Assembly: GCA_004299085.1 (NCBI GenBank)
Contig: SCQV01000205.1
Location: forward strand, 1 to 62,909
DNA length: 62,909 bases
Direction: 5' to 3'
From: Chitinophagaceae bacterium
GTDB lineage: Bacteria; Bacteroidota; Bacteroidia; Chitinophagales; Chitinophagaceae
A program made the translations under genes and the position numbers. Under the pieces are notes generated by a model. It did no database searches. It saw only the letters and a list, made by a program, of their open reading frames with translations, and was not told where the DNA came from. Each line of letters starts with the position of its first letter. Within the stretch, counting starts at the first letter, position 1. This document shows, piece after piece, positions 47,586 to 56,668 of this stretch.

Positions 47586-48448
47586 GATAAATTTGACAGG
47601 TTATAAAATGAATCTGCATTTTTATAAAGAACCTTTTCCTGTTCTTCCATAGCCAATTCTTCTGCTACAATTTCTTGGTAAGCCAACCAGGCTTTTTCAT
47701 AAGGTCCAGCCAACAATGCTATCGGCCAATCACCTCCACAAAAACAGCGGCTTGTTCCAAATACCTCAATCGCGTACATTAGGTAGGGTTTCAGATCGTC
47801 TTTTGCCCATCTGTCTCCGTCGGATGCACTTGATCCCAAGCCTGATATCTTAGCATACACATTATCGTGTAATGAAATCTCTTTCATCAATTCTCCCCAT
47901 CGGCCAAATCTCTCTTTAGAGGCTATAGGTGGCTGATTTAAATGATCCAGAACAATTCTCAATGCAGGCAATCTTTCTGCCACCTGTATAGCTGTCTCTA
48001 AGTGTGCGGTATTAATTCCTACCACATCATAAGGGATCTTATAAGAAGCTAAAATATTCAAGCTTGCCATAACGCTGTCTTGTAAAAGCCATTGAGGGCT
48101 TGCTTCATTATGAATAAGATGACGACAACCTTTAAAATAGAGATTATCCAGATACTTCTCATTGAGTGCTTTTACGGTCGCTTCTGGATCTATTAAAGGC
48201 AGCCAACCTACCACTCCTTTTATCCAATCAGTTTTAGATGCAGTTGTCAGCATAATATCCGTATCATCAAAGTTATTAGCAGCTTGTACCAATATACCCT
48301 GTGTAACATTAGCTTTAGAGATAAGAGGGCTTAACTGTTCGATGGAATAGGTTTTATTTAGAATACTGGTATCATTTTTCAACCAGGAGTATTCTGCCTT
48401 TTCCAAATTCCAGACATGAATATGAGTATCAATAATACCTTTTATCAT
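47582..48448 (-). CDS. Amidohydrolase_2-family protein (sugar-lactonase / LigI-like class)
   Basis: IIDTHIHVW metal/active-site start and DHL...P. Size is about 288 aa. It overlaps rhaT by 4 nt. Confidence 0.75.
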   Translation of the reverse strand: MIKGIIDTHIHVWNLEKAEYSWLKNDTSILNKTYSIEQLSPLISKANVTQGILVQAANNFDDTDIMLTTASKTDWIKGVVGWLPLIDPEATVKALNEKYLDNLYFKGCRHLIHNEASPQWLLQDSVMASLNILASYKIPYDVVGINTAHLETAIQVAERLPALRIVLDHLNQPPIASKERFGRWGELMKEISLHDNVYAKISGLGSSASDGDRWAKDDLKPYLMYAIEVFGTSRCFCGGDWPIALLAGPYEKAWLAYQEIVAEELAMEEQEKVLYKNADSFYNLSNLS

Positions 48449-48472
48449 AAGTTAAATATTACACTATGATTA

Positions 48473-49612
48473 TTATAAATCAAATTCTCTCTTTATTGAT
48501 TCCGTATGCTCGCCTAATCTGGGTGCTCCCATGGGGGATTTCAATATTTGTCCGTCCACCCTTATGGGACATCGAGTTGTTTTCAAAAATTGATTCCCTA
48601 TAGAAACTTCCTGCTCCATTTCCAGTACTTTATATCCATCTTCTTGTACCAGCGCATCATAGTTTAATACCTCTGCACACCAAATATCAGCCGGCCCTAA
48701 TATGTCAAGCCATTCCGTAACTGATTTATTATTCAAATAATCCTGTAAGATCGTTTTGATTTTATCTCTCTTATTGAACCAGTCTGTTGAATCAGTAAAG
48801 GAGAGCAATGCATCACAGCCTAATAATTTTCCAAGCTGAGGGATATTTCCCATGGATAATGCCAGGTAACCGCTATTGGTTTTATAAATACCATAAGGTG
48901 CTGCAATATAAGCATGCCCGTTATTTATGCAGCTTCGACGGGGCAACATATTACCGTCGTTATAAAAGCATGTTAAGACCTCAAACTGAAAATCCAGCAG
49001 GCTTTCTAACATGCTTACTTCTATCAGGGCGCCCTTTCCCGAAGTAAGACGTTCATAAATAGCAGTCAATATACCTTGGACGAGATGTGTTCCAGCTAAT
49101 ATATCTGCGACTGCAACACCCATTGGGGTTGGATTATCCTGATCATTACCACTCAACCACGTAATGCCAGAAACGGCCTGAAGTAATAAATCCTGCCCAG
49201 GCTTGTCTTTCCATTCTCCTTCATCCCCATAGCCATTGACATACGCATAAATTAATCGGGGATTAAGTTCTTTTACTGATTCATAAGAAAGTCCAATCCG
49301 CTCCATAACCCCTGGGCGAAAATTGTGTATCAGGATATCTGCGTGTTTTATCAGCTTTCTAACCGCATTCAAATCATTGGCATTTTTCAGGTCTGCCTGA
49401 AAGCTTTCTTTATTTCTATTGATAGCATGAAAAATAGTGGACTCTCCTTTCACCATTGTATCACTTACGTATAATTCCCGGCAAATATCGCCGGTGACCG
49501 GACGTTCAATCTTAATAACCCTCGCGCCCATGTCTGCAAGTCTCAAACTTGCAGAAGGGGCCGATAAAAACTGGCTAAAATCTAGCACTAATATATCTTC
49601 CAAAAGTTTCAT
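48473..49612 (-). CDS. Family III (CaiB/BaiF) CoA-transferase
   Basis: ILVLDFSQFLSAPSASLRLADMGARVIKIERP...GD is the hallmark N-terminus. An Asp-containing GQDLL segment is present. Confidence 0.85.
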   Translation of the reverse strand: MKLLEDILVLDFSQFLSAPSASLRLADMGARVIKIERPVTGDICRELYVSDTMVKGESTIFHAINRNKESFQADLKNANDLNAVRKLIKHADILIHNFRPGVMERIGLSYESVKELNPRLIYAYVNGYGDEGEWKDKPGQDLLLQAVSGITWLSGNDQDNPTPMGVAVADILAGTHLVQGILTAIYERLTSGKGALIEVSMLESLLDFQFEVLTCFYNDGNMLPRRSCINNGHAYIAAPYGIYKTNSGYLALSMGNIPQLGKLLGCDALLSFTDSTDWFNKRDKIKTILQDYLNNKSVTEWLDILGPADIWCAEVLNYDALVQEDGYKVLEMEQEVSIGNQFLKTTRCPIRVDGQILKSPMGAPRLGEHTESIKREFDL

Positions 49613-49617
49613 TTTCT

Positions 49618-50754
49618 CTATTTTACTATCTCTCTTTTAAATTCGTCTATATGTTCTCCTAATTTGGGCGCAGGTTTGTCAGATAAAAAATACTGCTTAT
49701 TGTAACGGATGGGACAACGGGTTGTCTTTATCTTTTTATTGCCTGCTAAAAATTCCTGCTCAATATTCAATGCTCGATATGTTGAGGATTGTATTAATTG
49801 ATTCCAGTCCGAAACAGGCATAATCCACAAATCGTGTTTTTGAACCTTTTTCAGCCATCCTGCCGTGGTATCGGTTAGAAGAAAATTAGATAGAATCGCC
49901 TTGATTTCATCCCTTTTTTTAAAAGATTCTTCCTCGGTAAATTTATTCAATTCTATACATTCAATTGCTGCATTCAGTTTCTTCAGTGGCATCATTGCTA
50001 TGGCGATATAACCGTCTGACGTTTTATAAATGCCATAAGGGGCACCTAGTAAAGGGTGTCCATTGCTAATCTCTGACCTTTTAGGTTGCTTCTTGCTTTG
50101 GAAATAAGTCGTGAAATATTCAAACTGAAAATCTATTAAAGATTCCAATAGGCTTAATTCCAGCAATGCGCCTTTCCCAGTTTTATGACGCCTAATGAGT
50201 GCAGCGAGGATCGCCTGTACAGTTTGGTTGCCACATAAATAATCACTCATCGCAAGTCCGAATGGTATTGGGTGATCCTTTGCATTTCCTGTAGTATAGG
50301 TTAGACCCGATATGGATTGTATTAATAAATCCTGCCCAGGCTTGTGGCTCCATGGCCCCTTTTTTCCGTAACCGGATATTTCTGCATAAATAATGCGCGG
50401 GTTTATTTTTTGTACGGAGGCATAATCCAATCCAAAAGACGCCATTATCCCAGGACGGAAATTATGGGTTATTACATCAGCGTGGACAATCAATTGTCTT
50501 ACAAACCTCAAATCATCGGGATCTTTCAAATTGGCCGTAATGCTTTTCTTATTCCTATTGATCGTATGAAATAAAAGCGAGCTATCATCTACCCATAAAT
50601 TTTCTATAGATAGTCTGCGTCCTGCATCTCCTCCTTTGGGACGCTCCACCTTGATAACTTCAGCTCCAAAATCTGCAAGGCGTAATCCAGCACAAGGACC
50701 AGATAAATATTGGCTAAATTCTAAAATTACTATTCCTTTTAATGGCAATTCCAT
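49618..50754 (-). CDS. Family III (CaiB/BaiF) CoA-transferase, a paralog of the previous gene
   Basis: IVILEFSQYLSGPCAGLRLADFGAEVIKVERP...GD. It is separated from its paralog by 5 nt. Confidence 0.85.
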   Translation of the reverse strand: MELPLKGIVILEFSQYLSGPCAGLRLADFGAEVIKVERPKGGDAGRRLSIENLWVDDSSLLFHTINRNKKSITANLKDPDDLRFVRQLIVHADVITHNFRPGIMASFGLDYASVQKINPRIIYAEISGYGKKGPWSHKPGQDLLIQSISGLTYTTGNAKDHPIPFGLAMSDYLCGNQTVQAILAALIRRHKTGKGALLELSLLESLIDFQFEYFTTYFQSKKQPKRSEISNGHPLLGAPYGIYKTSDGYIAIAMMPLKKLNAAIECIELNKFTEEESFKKRDEIKAILSNFLLTDTTAGWLKKVQKHDLWIMPVSDWNQLIQSSTYRALNIEQEFLAGNKKIKTTRCPIRYNKQYFLSDKPAPKLGEHIDEFKREIVK

Positions 50755-50771
50755 ACAGTTATTTTTATCTC

Positions 50772-51920
50772 CTATTTTCTTCTGCTACTCCTATATAATT
50801 CATTCATATTCCTTAATAGTTGTTCAGCATTTCCTGTCTCAAGCAAATGTTCCTGTAATAAAGTACCGGCTCGATCTTGGAAGGAAAGATAACCGTTATA
50901 CCGTGGTCTCATAAATGCTCTGTCTATAGTGGGTAAGGTGTTCATGAAAAAATTATTGCAATAGTAATTTGCTGTTTCACTTTCCCATGCAGCACGATGC
51001 CCCGGTTGTCCCCCGTTTTCTACGTACAAAGTAGATTGGATATCTGGAGAAGCGACCCATGATGCAAATCGGATAGACCAGGTTTTGTTCTGTGTAAACG
51101 AGGATAAAGATAGTCCTGTTCCCCCTAATGTGCTGCACAGCCGCTTGCCTTCCTTAAATTGTACGACATCAGTGTAAGTCAGTAAATGGGGCGCATATCC
51201 TTTTCGTGAATAGTTTGAATATCCATAAGAAAAAGGACAATACCAATAGTCATCTGTAGATGACATTAACTCTGCTATTGTAATAGGATTATAGGTAAAC
51301 ATCCTTTTATTGACTATGCTCCAAAGTTCCTTCATGGTATCAATAGCCTTAATGCCTGTTTCATCATCTATCATCTTTTCCTCGTCTGCGAAAGGCATAT
51401 TTCCATGAGCTGTGCAGAACATATAAAAATTCATCAGCAGGTCAATGGGTATAGAGGGTACGGCTAGCTTACCTCTTTTAGCTAAATTTATTACTTCCTG
51501 CCATGTATCTGGAACAGGGGCATTATTCTTCTCAAGTAAATCTGAACGATAACTGGCCACAGGAGTAGCTGCATCAATTGCCAATGCCCATTGGTGCCCT
51601 TCATAATAATAACTCTGGTGCGAAGGTCCAACAGAGCTTTTCATTTGATCTGATAAATATTCTTCAGATAATAAATTATCTAAAGGCACTATGCACCCTG
51701 TAGCTGCTGCGCAGCCTACCCAAGGGTGATCAATGATTAGCAAGTCATATAGTTGAGTTAGTTTTTCAATAGGATAATCCGCAAACTCCTGGAGTGTACG
51801 TTTTGTCCATATTATTTCCACTTCGGGGTGCAATTCAGAAAACCTTTGTGAAGTAGCCAACAATGGTGTAATACCCCGGCTATGCCCCCAGGTTATTCCT
51901 TTCAAAATAACCTTACTCAT
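50772..51920 (-). CDS. Periplasmic-binding-protein (solute-binding, family 1-like) fold protein without a signal peptide
   Basis: 382 aa starting [16 protein letters not shown], with no hydrophobic leader or lipobox. The ...[10 protein letters not shown]...[11 protein letters not shown]... pattern resembles SBP_bac_1-type proteins. No ABC permease or ATPase gene occurs anywhere in the window. Confidence 0.55.
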   Translation of the reverse strand: MSKVILKGITWGHSRGITPLLATSQRFSELHPEVEIIWTKRTLQEFADYPIEKLTQLYDLLIIDHPWVGCAAATGCIVPLDNLLSEEYLSDQMKSSVGPSHQSYYYEGHQWALAIDAATPVASYRSDLLEKNNAPVPDTWQEVINLAKRGKLAVPSIPIDLLMNFYMFCTAHGNMPFADEEKMIDDETGIKAIDTMKELWSIVNKRMFTYNPITIAELMSSTDDYWYCPFSYGYSNYSRKGYAPHLLTYTDVVQFKEGKRLCSTLGGTGLSLSSFTQNKTWSIRFASWVASPDIQSTLYVENGGQPGHRAAWESETANYYCNNFFMNTLPTIDRAFMRPRYNGYLSFQDRAGTLLQEHLLETGNAEQLLRNMNELYRSSRRK

Positions 51921-52356
51921 GTTTTGACTTTTTCTCTACTAACAATAGATGTTCACATACCATTACCAGTTTATCATGCTGATTAAATGTTTCTATCAAC
52001 TCTCTAACTATGCCATAGCCAGGCTTTTTATGATCTTTTTTATCTTTGATGGTAATAGTTACCTTGATAGTATCCCCAATAAATACCGGCTGCAAGAACC
52101 GCAGCCTTTCATATCCATAGGTCATACTCACTTCGTTAATACTATTCGCCGTCATTCCTACGGCTATACTAAAAATTAGCGTACCATGAGCTATCCTCTG
52201 TTTGAACGGCTGTTTTTTACACCATTCCGCATCCACATGATGTGGGAAAAAGTCACCGGTTTGGCCAGCATGGATTATAATATCAGTTTCGGTAATGGTA
52301 CGACCATGAGATTTACGAACGTTCCCAATAATATATTGTTCAAAATATGTTTCCAT
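51913..52356 (-). CDS. MaoC-family (hot-dog fold) dehydratase/hydratase
   Basis: 147 aa with [12 protein letters not shown]...RIAHG. It overlaps the next gene by 8 nt. Confidence 0.8.
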   Translation of the reverse strand: METYFEQYIIGNVRKSHGRTITETDIIIHAGQTGDFFPHHVDAEWCKKQPFKQRIAHGTLIFSIAVGMTANSINEVSMTYGYERLRFLQPVFIGDTIKVTITIKDKKDHKKPGYGIVRELIETFNQHDKLVMVCEHLLLVEKKSKHE

Positions 52357-52395
52357 TAAAGATTCTTATTATTGTGTGGTACAAAAGACTATGTC

Positions 52396-54921
52396 CTATG
52401 GCCTTAAATATATTATTTCACCAGGATAGGTTTTAATACTTATGATTTTTTCAGTCATTTTTCTCTTTTCATTATTAGTAATTAAATAGCCTTCATTACC
52501 CCATGGCATAATAAGCCTTAGTATGTTCCCTTTTTCACTTTTAATCTTTATTTCCTTCACGTTTCCATCTTTTAAACTGGCACTTACCAAAAAAGCACCG
52601 GCTGTTCTTAAGTCATAAAAGGAAGCGTTTTTATTTTTAGGCCAATTGGGAAATAAACGAATAATCCCGTCATAGCTCTGGATTAGACATTCATTGATCA
52701 CAACCGGGAGCGCAAAATTTTCGAACCATATACCCATGTGGGCCATAAAATCAAAGGTAGTAAGATCACTATATCTGCCTCCTGATTGCATTACCATGTC
52801 AGTTGCCGTGCCATCTGGCAATAAACAATATTTTATTTGCCGTTTGAACTTATATAGATTTAACATTCCAATTCGCGCCGCTTGCAGATTTCTAAATACA
52901 AGATCATTTCCGCCTTCGTTTTGAGAATTTTTATACGTATTCTTTAACATCTGAAGAGTAGTCAGATCCGAACCCAGACCATAATCATCTCCTGGGAAGA
53001 CCGGAGTTAAAGGTAGTGGTACATTATAAATGACGTTTGCATTTGCTCCTGGTGCTCCCACCAGAACTTTTCCGTATTTCTCTGATTGAGCAGTAGGATA
53101 TTTAGGATAGTGGTCCAGTATATCCCGAATATTATTTAATAAATATTTCTCCTTCTCTTGAGTGCCTAATACTCTTGTAGCCTCCTGAAAGGCTTTGAAA
53201 ATAAATTTAGTAAGAGCCAAATCAATAATACAATCATAGTCGTACTTAAAACCGGGCTGTAATCCATAAAGCTCAGGAGGAATAGTAGGGAATATATGAA
53301 AATCATTATCACCCCATCTTGGCAACCCGCTTGCAACATGCCGCTTCATATAAGCCACTAAGAAAGTAACCGCTTCCTTTATCGGAACATAAGCACGATT
53401 CTTAAGAAAATTAGTATCTCCTGAATATAAATAGTGCAACCACAACTCTTGTACGGCCCAAGGTGTTTCACAAATCTCCCAACCCCAGGTAGGAACAGGA
53501 TAAGGGTTCATAGTCATCTTAACAGGATAGGAAGAGTGAGGAAAATAAGCACCGGGAAGATTATAATATTCTCTTGCCCATTCCTTACTTGAACCCAATA
53601 GGAAATTTATTAAATTTACATACGGTAAGTCTTTTTCCAAGTGATTACTTGAAAACGTCATCCAAAAGGGTTGTTCAATATTGTAATTCATATGATAATC
53701 TCCGTGCCAGGCAGTGCCAATTTTGTCATAGCTCCAATTTGCAAAGAGCCCCGGGCATGTTGCTTCTGCTTTTGCTGCGCAATTAAAAAAATAAAGGTTG
53801 TGGTACCAAACACCCTCAAGAAATGAATCACTAAGGACAACTCCTGATTTGTTCCAATAATCTTTCCAGGTATTTATATTACTATCCAATTTCAAGGTTA
53901 AGTCTTGCATCTTAGGCGTAATTATTGATATTGCCTTAGTGGGTACGGTAGAATCTGCCCCATATTCGAGAGACACCGTACCAATGAATTTGTCTACTTG
54001 TGATAGAGCCGATTCCAGAGGGCTCATTTTTATTTTATCCCCGTACAAGTCCATCCGCATTTTGGATGTTTGTATCTTATCGTTTATTGGCAGGTTAACA
54101 GTGACGCTCAAACGAAAGGCACGATCTTTGGGATCTCCCTTCCCCATATTATACTCTTTCGGTTCCTCGGCTGGCAGGGTTTGTCTAAAAGAAAGTGTTC
54201 CTCTTTTTAAATTTTCATTGACGCTATATCTGGGAAATTCTTTTGGGGTAGATGGATCTGGAATGATTTTTATTCTATTGAAGATATTAGTATGCAGGCT
54301 TCCGTCAGGATTAACCAGCCACATCCATAGCTTATCTTTTTTTAAATCAACAAATATTTTTAAGAAAACTTTATTTTTTTGAGCTGTTCTCATTTCAATT
54401 GTACAAACCCCGGTAGCAATGTCCAGTTTATATCCTACCATATCAACGCTTCGTCTATCAAAACCCAATAATACGGAGCCGCATGGGAATGGCCTCGGAT
54501 AAGGCTTATTATAGTTTTCTCCTGCCATTTTAACATAATTAGAAAACCAGGTGTCTTCCGATAAAGAAGAAAATGTATCAGGAATTGCCTTGACCTTATT
54601 GAACACATAGTTAAAAGTGCCTATTTCTTTACGATGGTTTTCTGCAATTCGAATATCCCAAACGTTATTATCTCCAAAGCGAAGCACTATAGCATCTGGA
54701 CGCGTGGTAACTACAACTCCCATAGCACCATTACCAAGTAAAGCCCCCTCAAAAAAGTTGGGTGCTGGACCATTAAAAGTTATTGGGAAAAGTTTTGCCT
54801 GATTAAAGGAGGAAAAGTTTTGGTCAATTTGTGCACTTACACAAGTTACCAAAAAGACTGTAAAAGTCAATATCCCCCAAATTGTCTTTTTTATCATTTT
54901 AATAAATAACATGACGAACAC
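52396..54921 (-). CDS. Secreted GH95-like (alpha-L-fucosidase/galactosidase-type six-hairpin) glycoside hydrolase, divergent
   Basis: Signal peptide (likely start ATG 54897). N-terminal ALLGNGAMGVVV resembles the GNG..G motif of the GH95 N-domain. WHGDYHMNYNIEQPFW resembles the W..dyt.N.N.qm.YW segment. The assignment is tentative. Confidence 0.45.
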   Translation of the reverse strand: MFVMLFIKMIKKTIWGILTFTVFLVTCVSAQIDQNFSSFNQAKLFPITFNGPAPNFFEGALLGNGAMGVVVTTRPDAIVLRFGDNNVWDIRIAENHRKEIGTFNYVFNKVKAIPDTFSSLSEDTWFSNYVKMAGENYNKPYPRPFPCGSVLLGFDRRSVDMVGYKLDIATGVCTIEMRTAQKNKVFLKIFVDLKKDKLWMWLVNPDGSLHTNIFNRIKIIPDPSTPKEFPRYSVNENLKRGTLSFRQTLPAEEPKEYNMGKGDPKDRAFRLSVTVNLPINDKIQTSKMRMDLYGDKIKMSPLESALSQVDKFIGTVSLEYGADSTVPTKAISIITPKMQDLTLKLDSNINTWKDYWNKSGVVLSDSFLEGVWYHNLYFFNCAAKAEATCPGLFANWSYDKIGTAWHGDYHMNYNIEQPFWMTFSSNHLEKDLPYVNLINFLLGSSKEWAREYYNLPGAYFPHSSYPVKMTMNPYPVPTWGWEICETPWAVQELWLHYLYSGDTNFLKNRAYVPIKEAVTFLVAYMKRHVASGLPRWGDNDFHIFPTIPPELYGLQPGFKYDYDCIIDLALTKFIFKAFQEATRVLGTQEKEKYLLNNIRDILDHYPKYPTAQSEKYGKVLVGAPGANANVIYNVPLPLTPVFPGDDYGLGSDLTTLQMLKNTYKNSQNEGGNDLVFRNLQAARIGMLNLYKFKRQIKYCLLPDGTATDMVMQSGGRYSDLTTFDFMAHMGIWFENFALPVVINECLIQSYDGIIRLFPNWPKNKNASFYDLRTAGAFLVSASLKDGNVKEIKIKSEKGNILRLIMPWGNEGYLITNNEKRKMTEKIISIKTYPGEIIYLRP

Positions 54922-55122
54922 ACATATATCTATTTGGTGAGTAAAAAATATGTTTTAAATTTATATTTGTAAAAAGAAGTAAGAAAAAGGTTTAAGACGG
55001 TGATATTTATAATAATTGATTAAAAAACCGTATAATATAGAATCCAAAATGATTATCCCGATTACTGTTTTGTCATTAGTCCCAACTAACTCAGAGGCCG
55101 GAATGCCCCCCGAGTTACCTAC

Positions 55123-56640
55123 TTAATAGCCATGGTTCTGTACCAACTTAGGATTAGCGTCTATTTCGCTCTGTGAGAAAGGAAACAAATAATTTTTATT
55201 AGGATCAAATTGGCGATGAGTTCCACCTGGGTCCACTAATGTAGGTATATAAGTTTGGGCTATTTTCCAACGTTTAATATCTAAATATCTATCCCCTTCA
55301 AGGCCTAATTCAACCCTCCTTTCCTCCCTAATTGCCTCTCTCATTTGTCCTTGGTTTAATCCTTGTGGCAGTGGTGGCATATTAACACTTGGTCTAGCAC
55401 GTACCATATTGATAGCTGCATAAACTGAGGCATCTGGGCCGACTGCTTCGTTTTCGGCTTCCGCATACATTAACAAGACTCCAGCATATCTTAGTAAGAC
55501 CCAATCCTGGTCACTTTTAGTTGAATAATCATACGGGTAGGCATCTAAATTTACTCCTTTTAACGCTTCATAACCTGTCACAGAAGAGCTACCGCCGCTG
55601 CCATTGAGGTAAACCGAGTCTCCTGCAGAATTAACAAGAGCTTGACTAACTCTAGCCACTGTATATGCAAGCCTTGGATCCCGATTCTTGAAAGGATGAT
55701 TAGGATCATAAAGTGGTGAGGTGGAGATCGGTTGACCGTCTGTACATTCAAAGGCGTTGACAAACTCTTGTCTCGGATTAATCAGTCCCCACCATCCGAT
55801 CTCTATATCTTGATCCGAATAGTAATTGGGATTAAGAAATTTACTTGAGAAAATAATTTCAGGATTATTTATTTGTTCTGATTTTAAAAATAGGCTTTGA
55901 TAATTGTCACAAAGATGAAAGACTCCACTCTGAATGATTTCATTTGCCACTTCAGCAGCTTTTGAGTATTGTTCATTATATAATAAGACTTTAGCCTTAA
56001 GAGCCAAGGCGGAACCTTTCACTGCATAACCGGAATATTGGGTATTAGGAAGATTGGCAATTGCAAAGTCAAGATCTTTATATATTTGTGTGTCAACCTC
56101 AGCCACTGTACTTTGCTTTATCCTAGCCTCTTCAACCGTGACCGGTGCCGTATATAATGGTACTCCTCCGTAGAAATTAGTAAGAGTGAAATAAGATAGC
56201 GCTCTTAAAAATCGAACTTGTGCTTCATACTGGGTTTTTGTTTCGTCACTAATGGGTGTCCTTCCGATATTTGCTAGGAAAAAGTTACACGAACTAATCC
56301 CATTATAGCAATCATCATAAATACTTGAAACAAGGCCTCCTGAGGTTGGTGTAATAACTCCTGCAGCAAGCGTTTGCAAAGAACTTGACCCTTGACTCTG
56401 CTGAGAATAGTCTGCATCACCCCCCAAGATGGACCACATCATTTGTTGGTAATCAAATGTAGAACTGGTAAGTCGATTATATACGCCGGCAAGGGCCATA
56501 TCCGCGTCTTGTTGAGTCTGCCAGAATGTTTGACTAGATAATTGATCTAGTGGTTCTTTATTTAAGAATTTACTACATGAAGTCAGAATTAACACCATGA
56601 CTCCAACCGAAAAAATCTTAATACCTATATCCTTTATCAT
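55123..56640 (-). CDS. RagB/SusD-family outer-membrane lipoprotein
   Basis: Lipobox LTSC and TPR-like SusD patterns (FLRALSYFTLTNFYGGVPL; C-terminal ...NPKLVQNHGY). Confidence 0.9.
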   Translation of the reverse strand: MIKDIGIKIFSVGVMVLILTSCSKFLNKEPLDQLSSQTFWQTQQDADMALAGVYNRLTSSTFDYQQMMWSILGGDADYSQQSQGSSSLQTLAAGVITPTSGGLVSSIYDDCYNGISSCNFFLANIGRTPISDETKTQYEAQVRFLRALSYFTLTNFYGGVPLYTAPVTVEEARIKQSTVAEVDTQIYKDLDFAIANLPNTQYSGYAVKGSALALKAKVLLYNEQYSKAAEVANEIIQSGVFHLCDNYQSLFLKSEQINNPEIIFSSKFLNPNYYSDQDIEIGWWGLINPRQEFVNAFECTDGQPISTSPLYDPNHPFKNRDPRLAYTVARVSQALVNSAGDSVYLNGSGGSSSVTGYEALKGVNLDAYPYDYSTKSDQDWVLLRYAGVLLMYAEAENEAVGPDASVYAAINMVRARPSVNMPPLPQGLNQGQMREAIREERRVELGLEGDRYLDIKRWKIAQTYIPTLVDPGGTHRQFDPNKNYLFPFSQSEIDANPKLVQNHGY

Positions 56641-56668
56641 TTTAAAGAATTTTAATAGTTAATATTGA

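Noticed and set aside
55085-55122. GC-rich hairpin after susD as a terminator splitting the locus
   Set aside because: The stem needs two G-U pairs and has no following U-tract on the minus strand. It is too weak to call and may at most attenuate.
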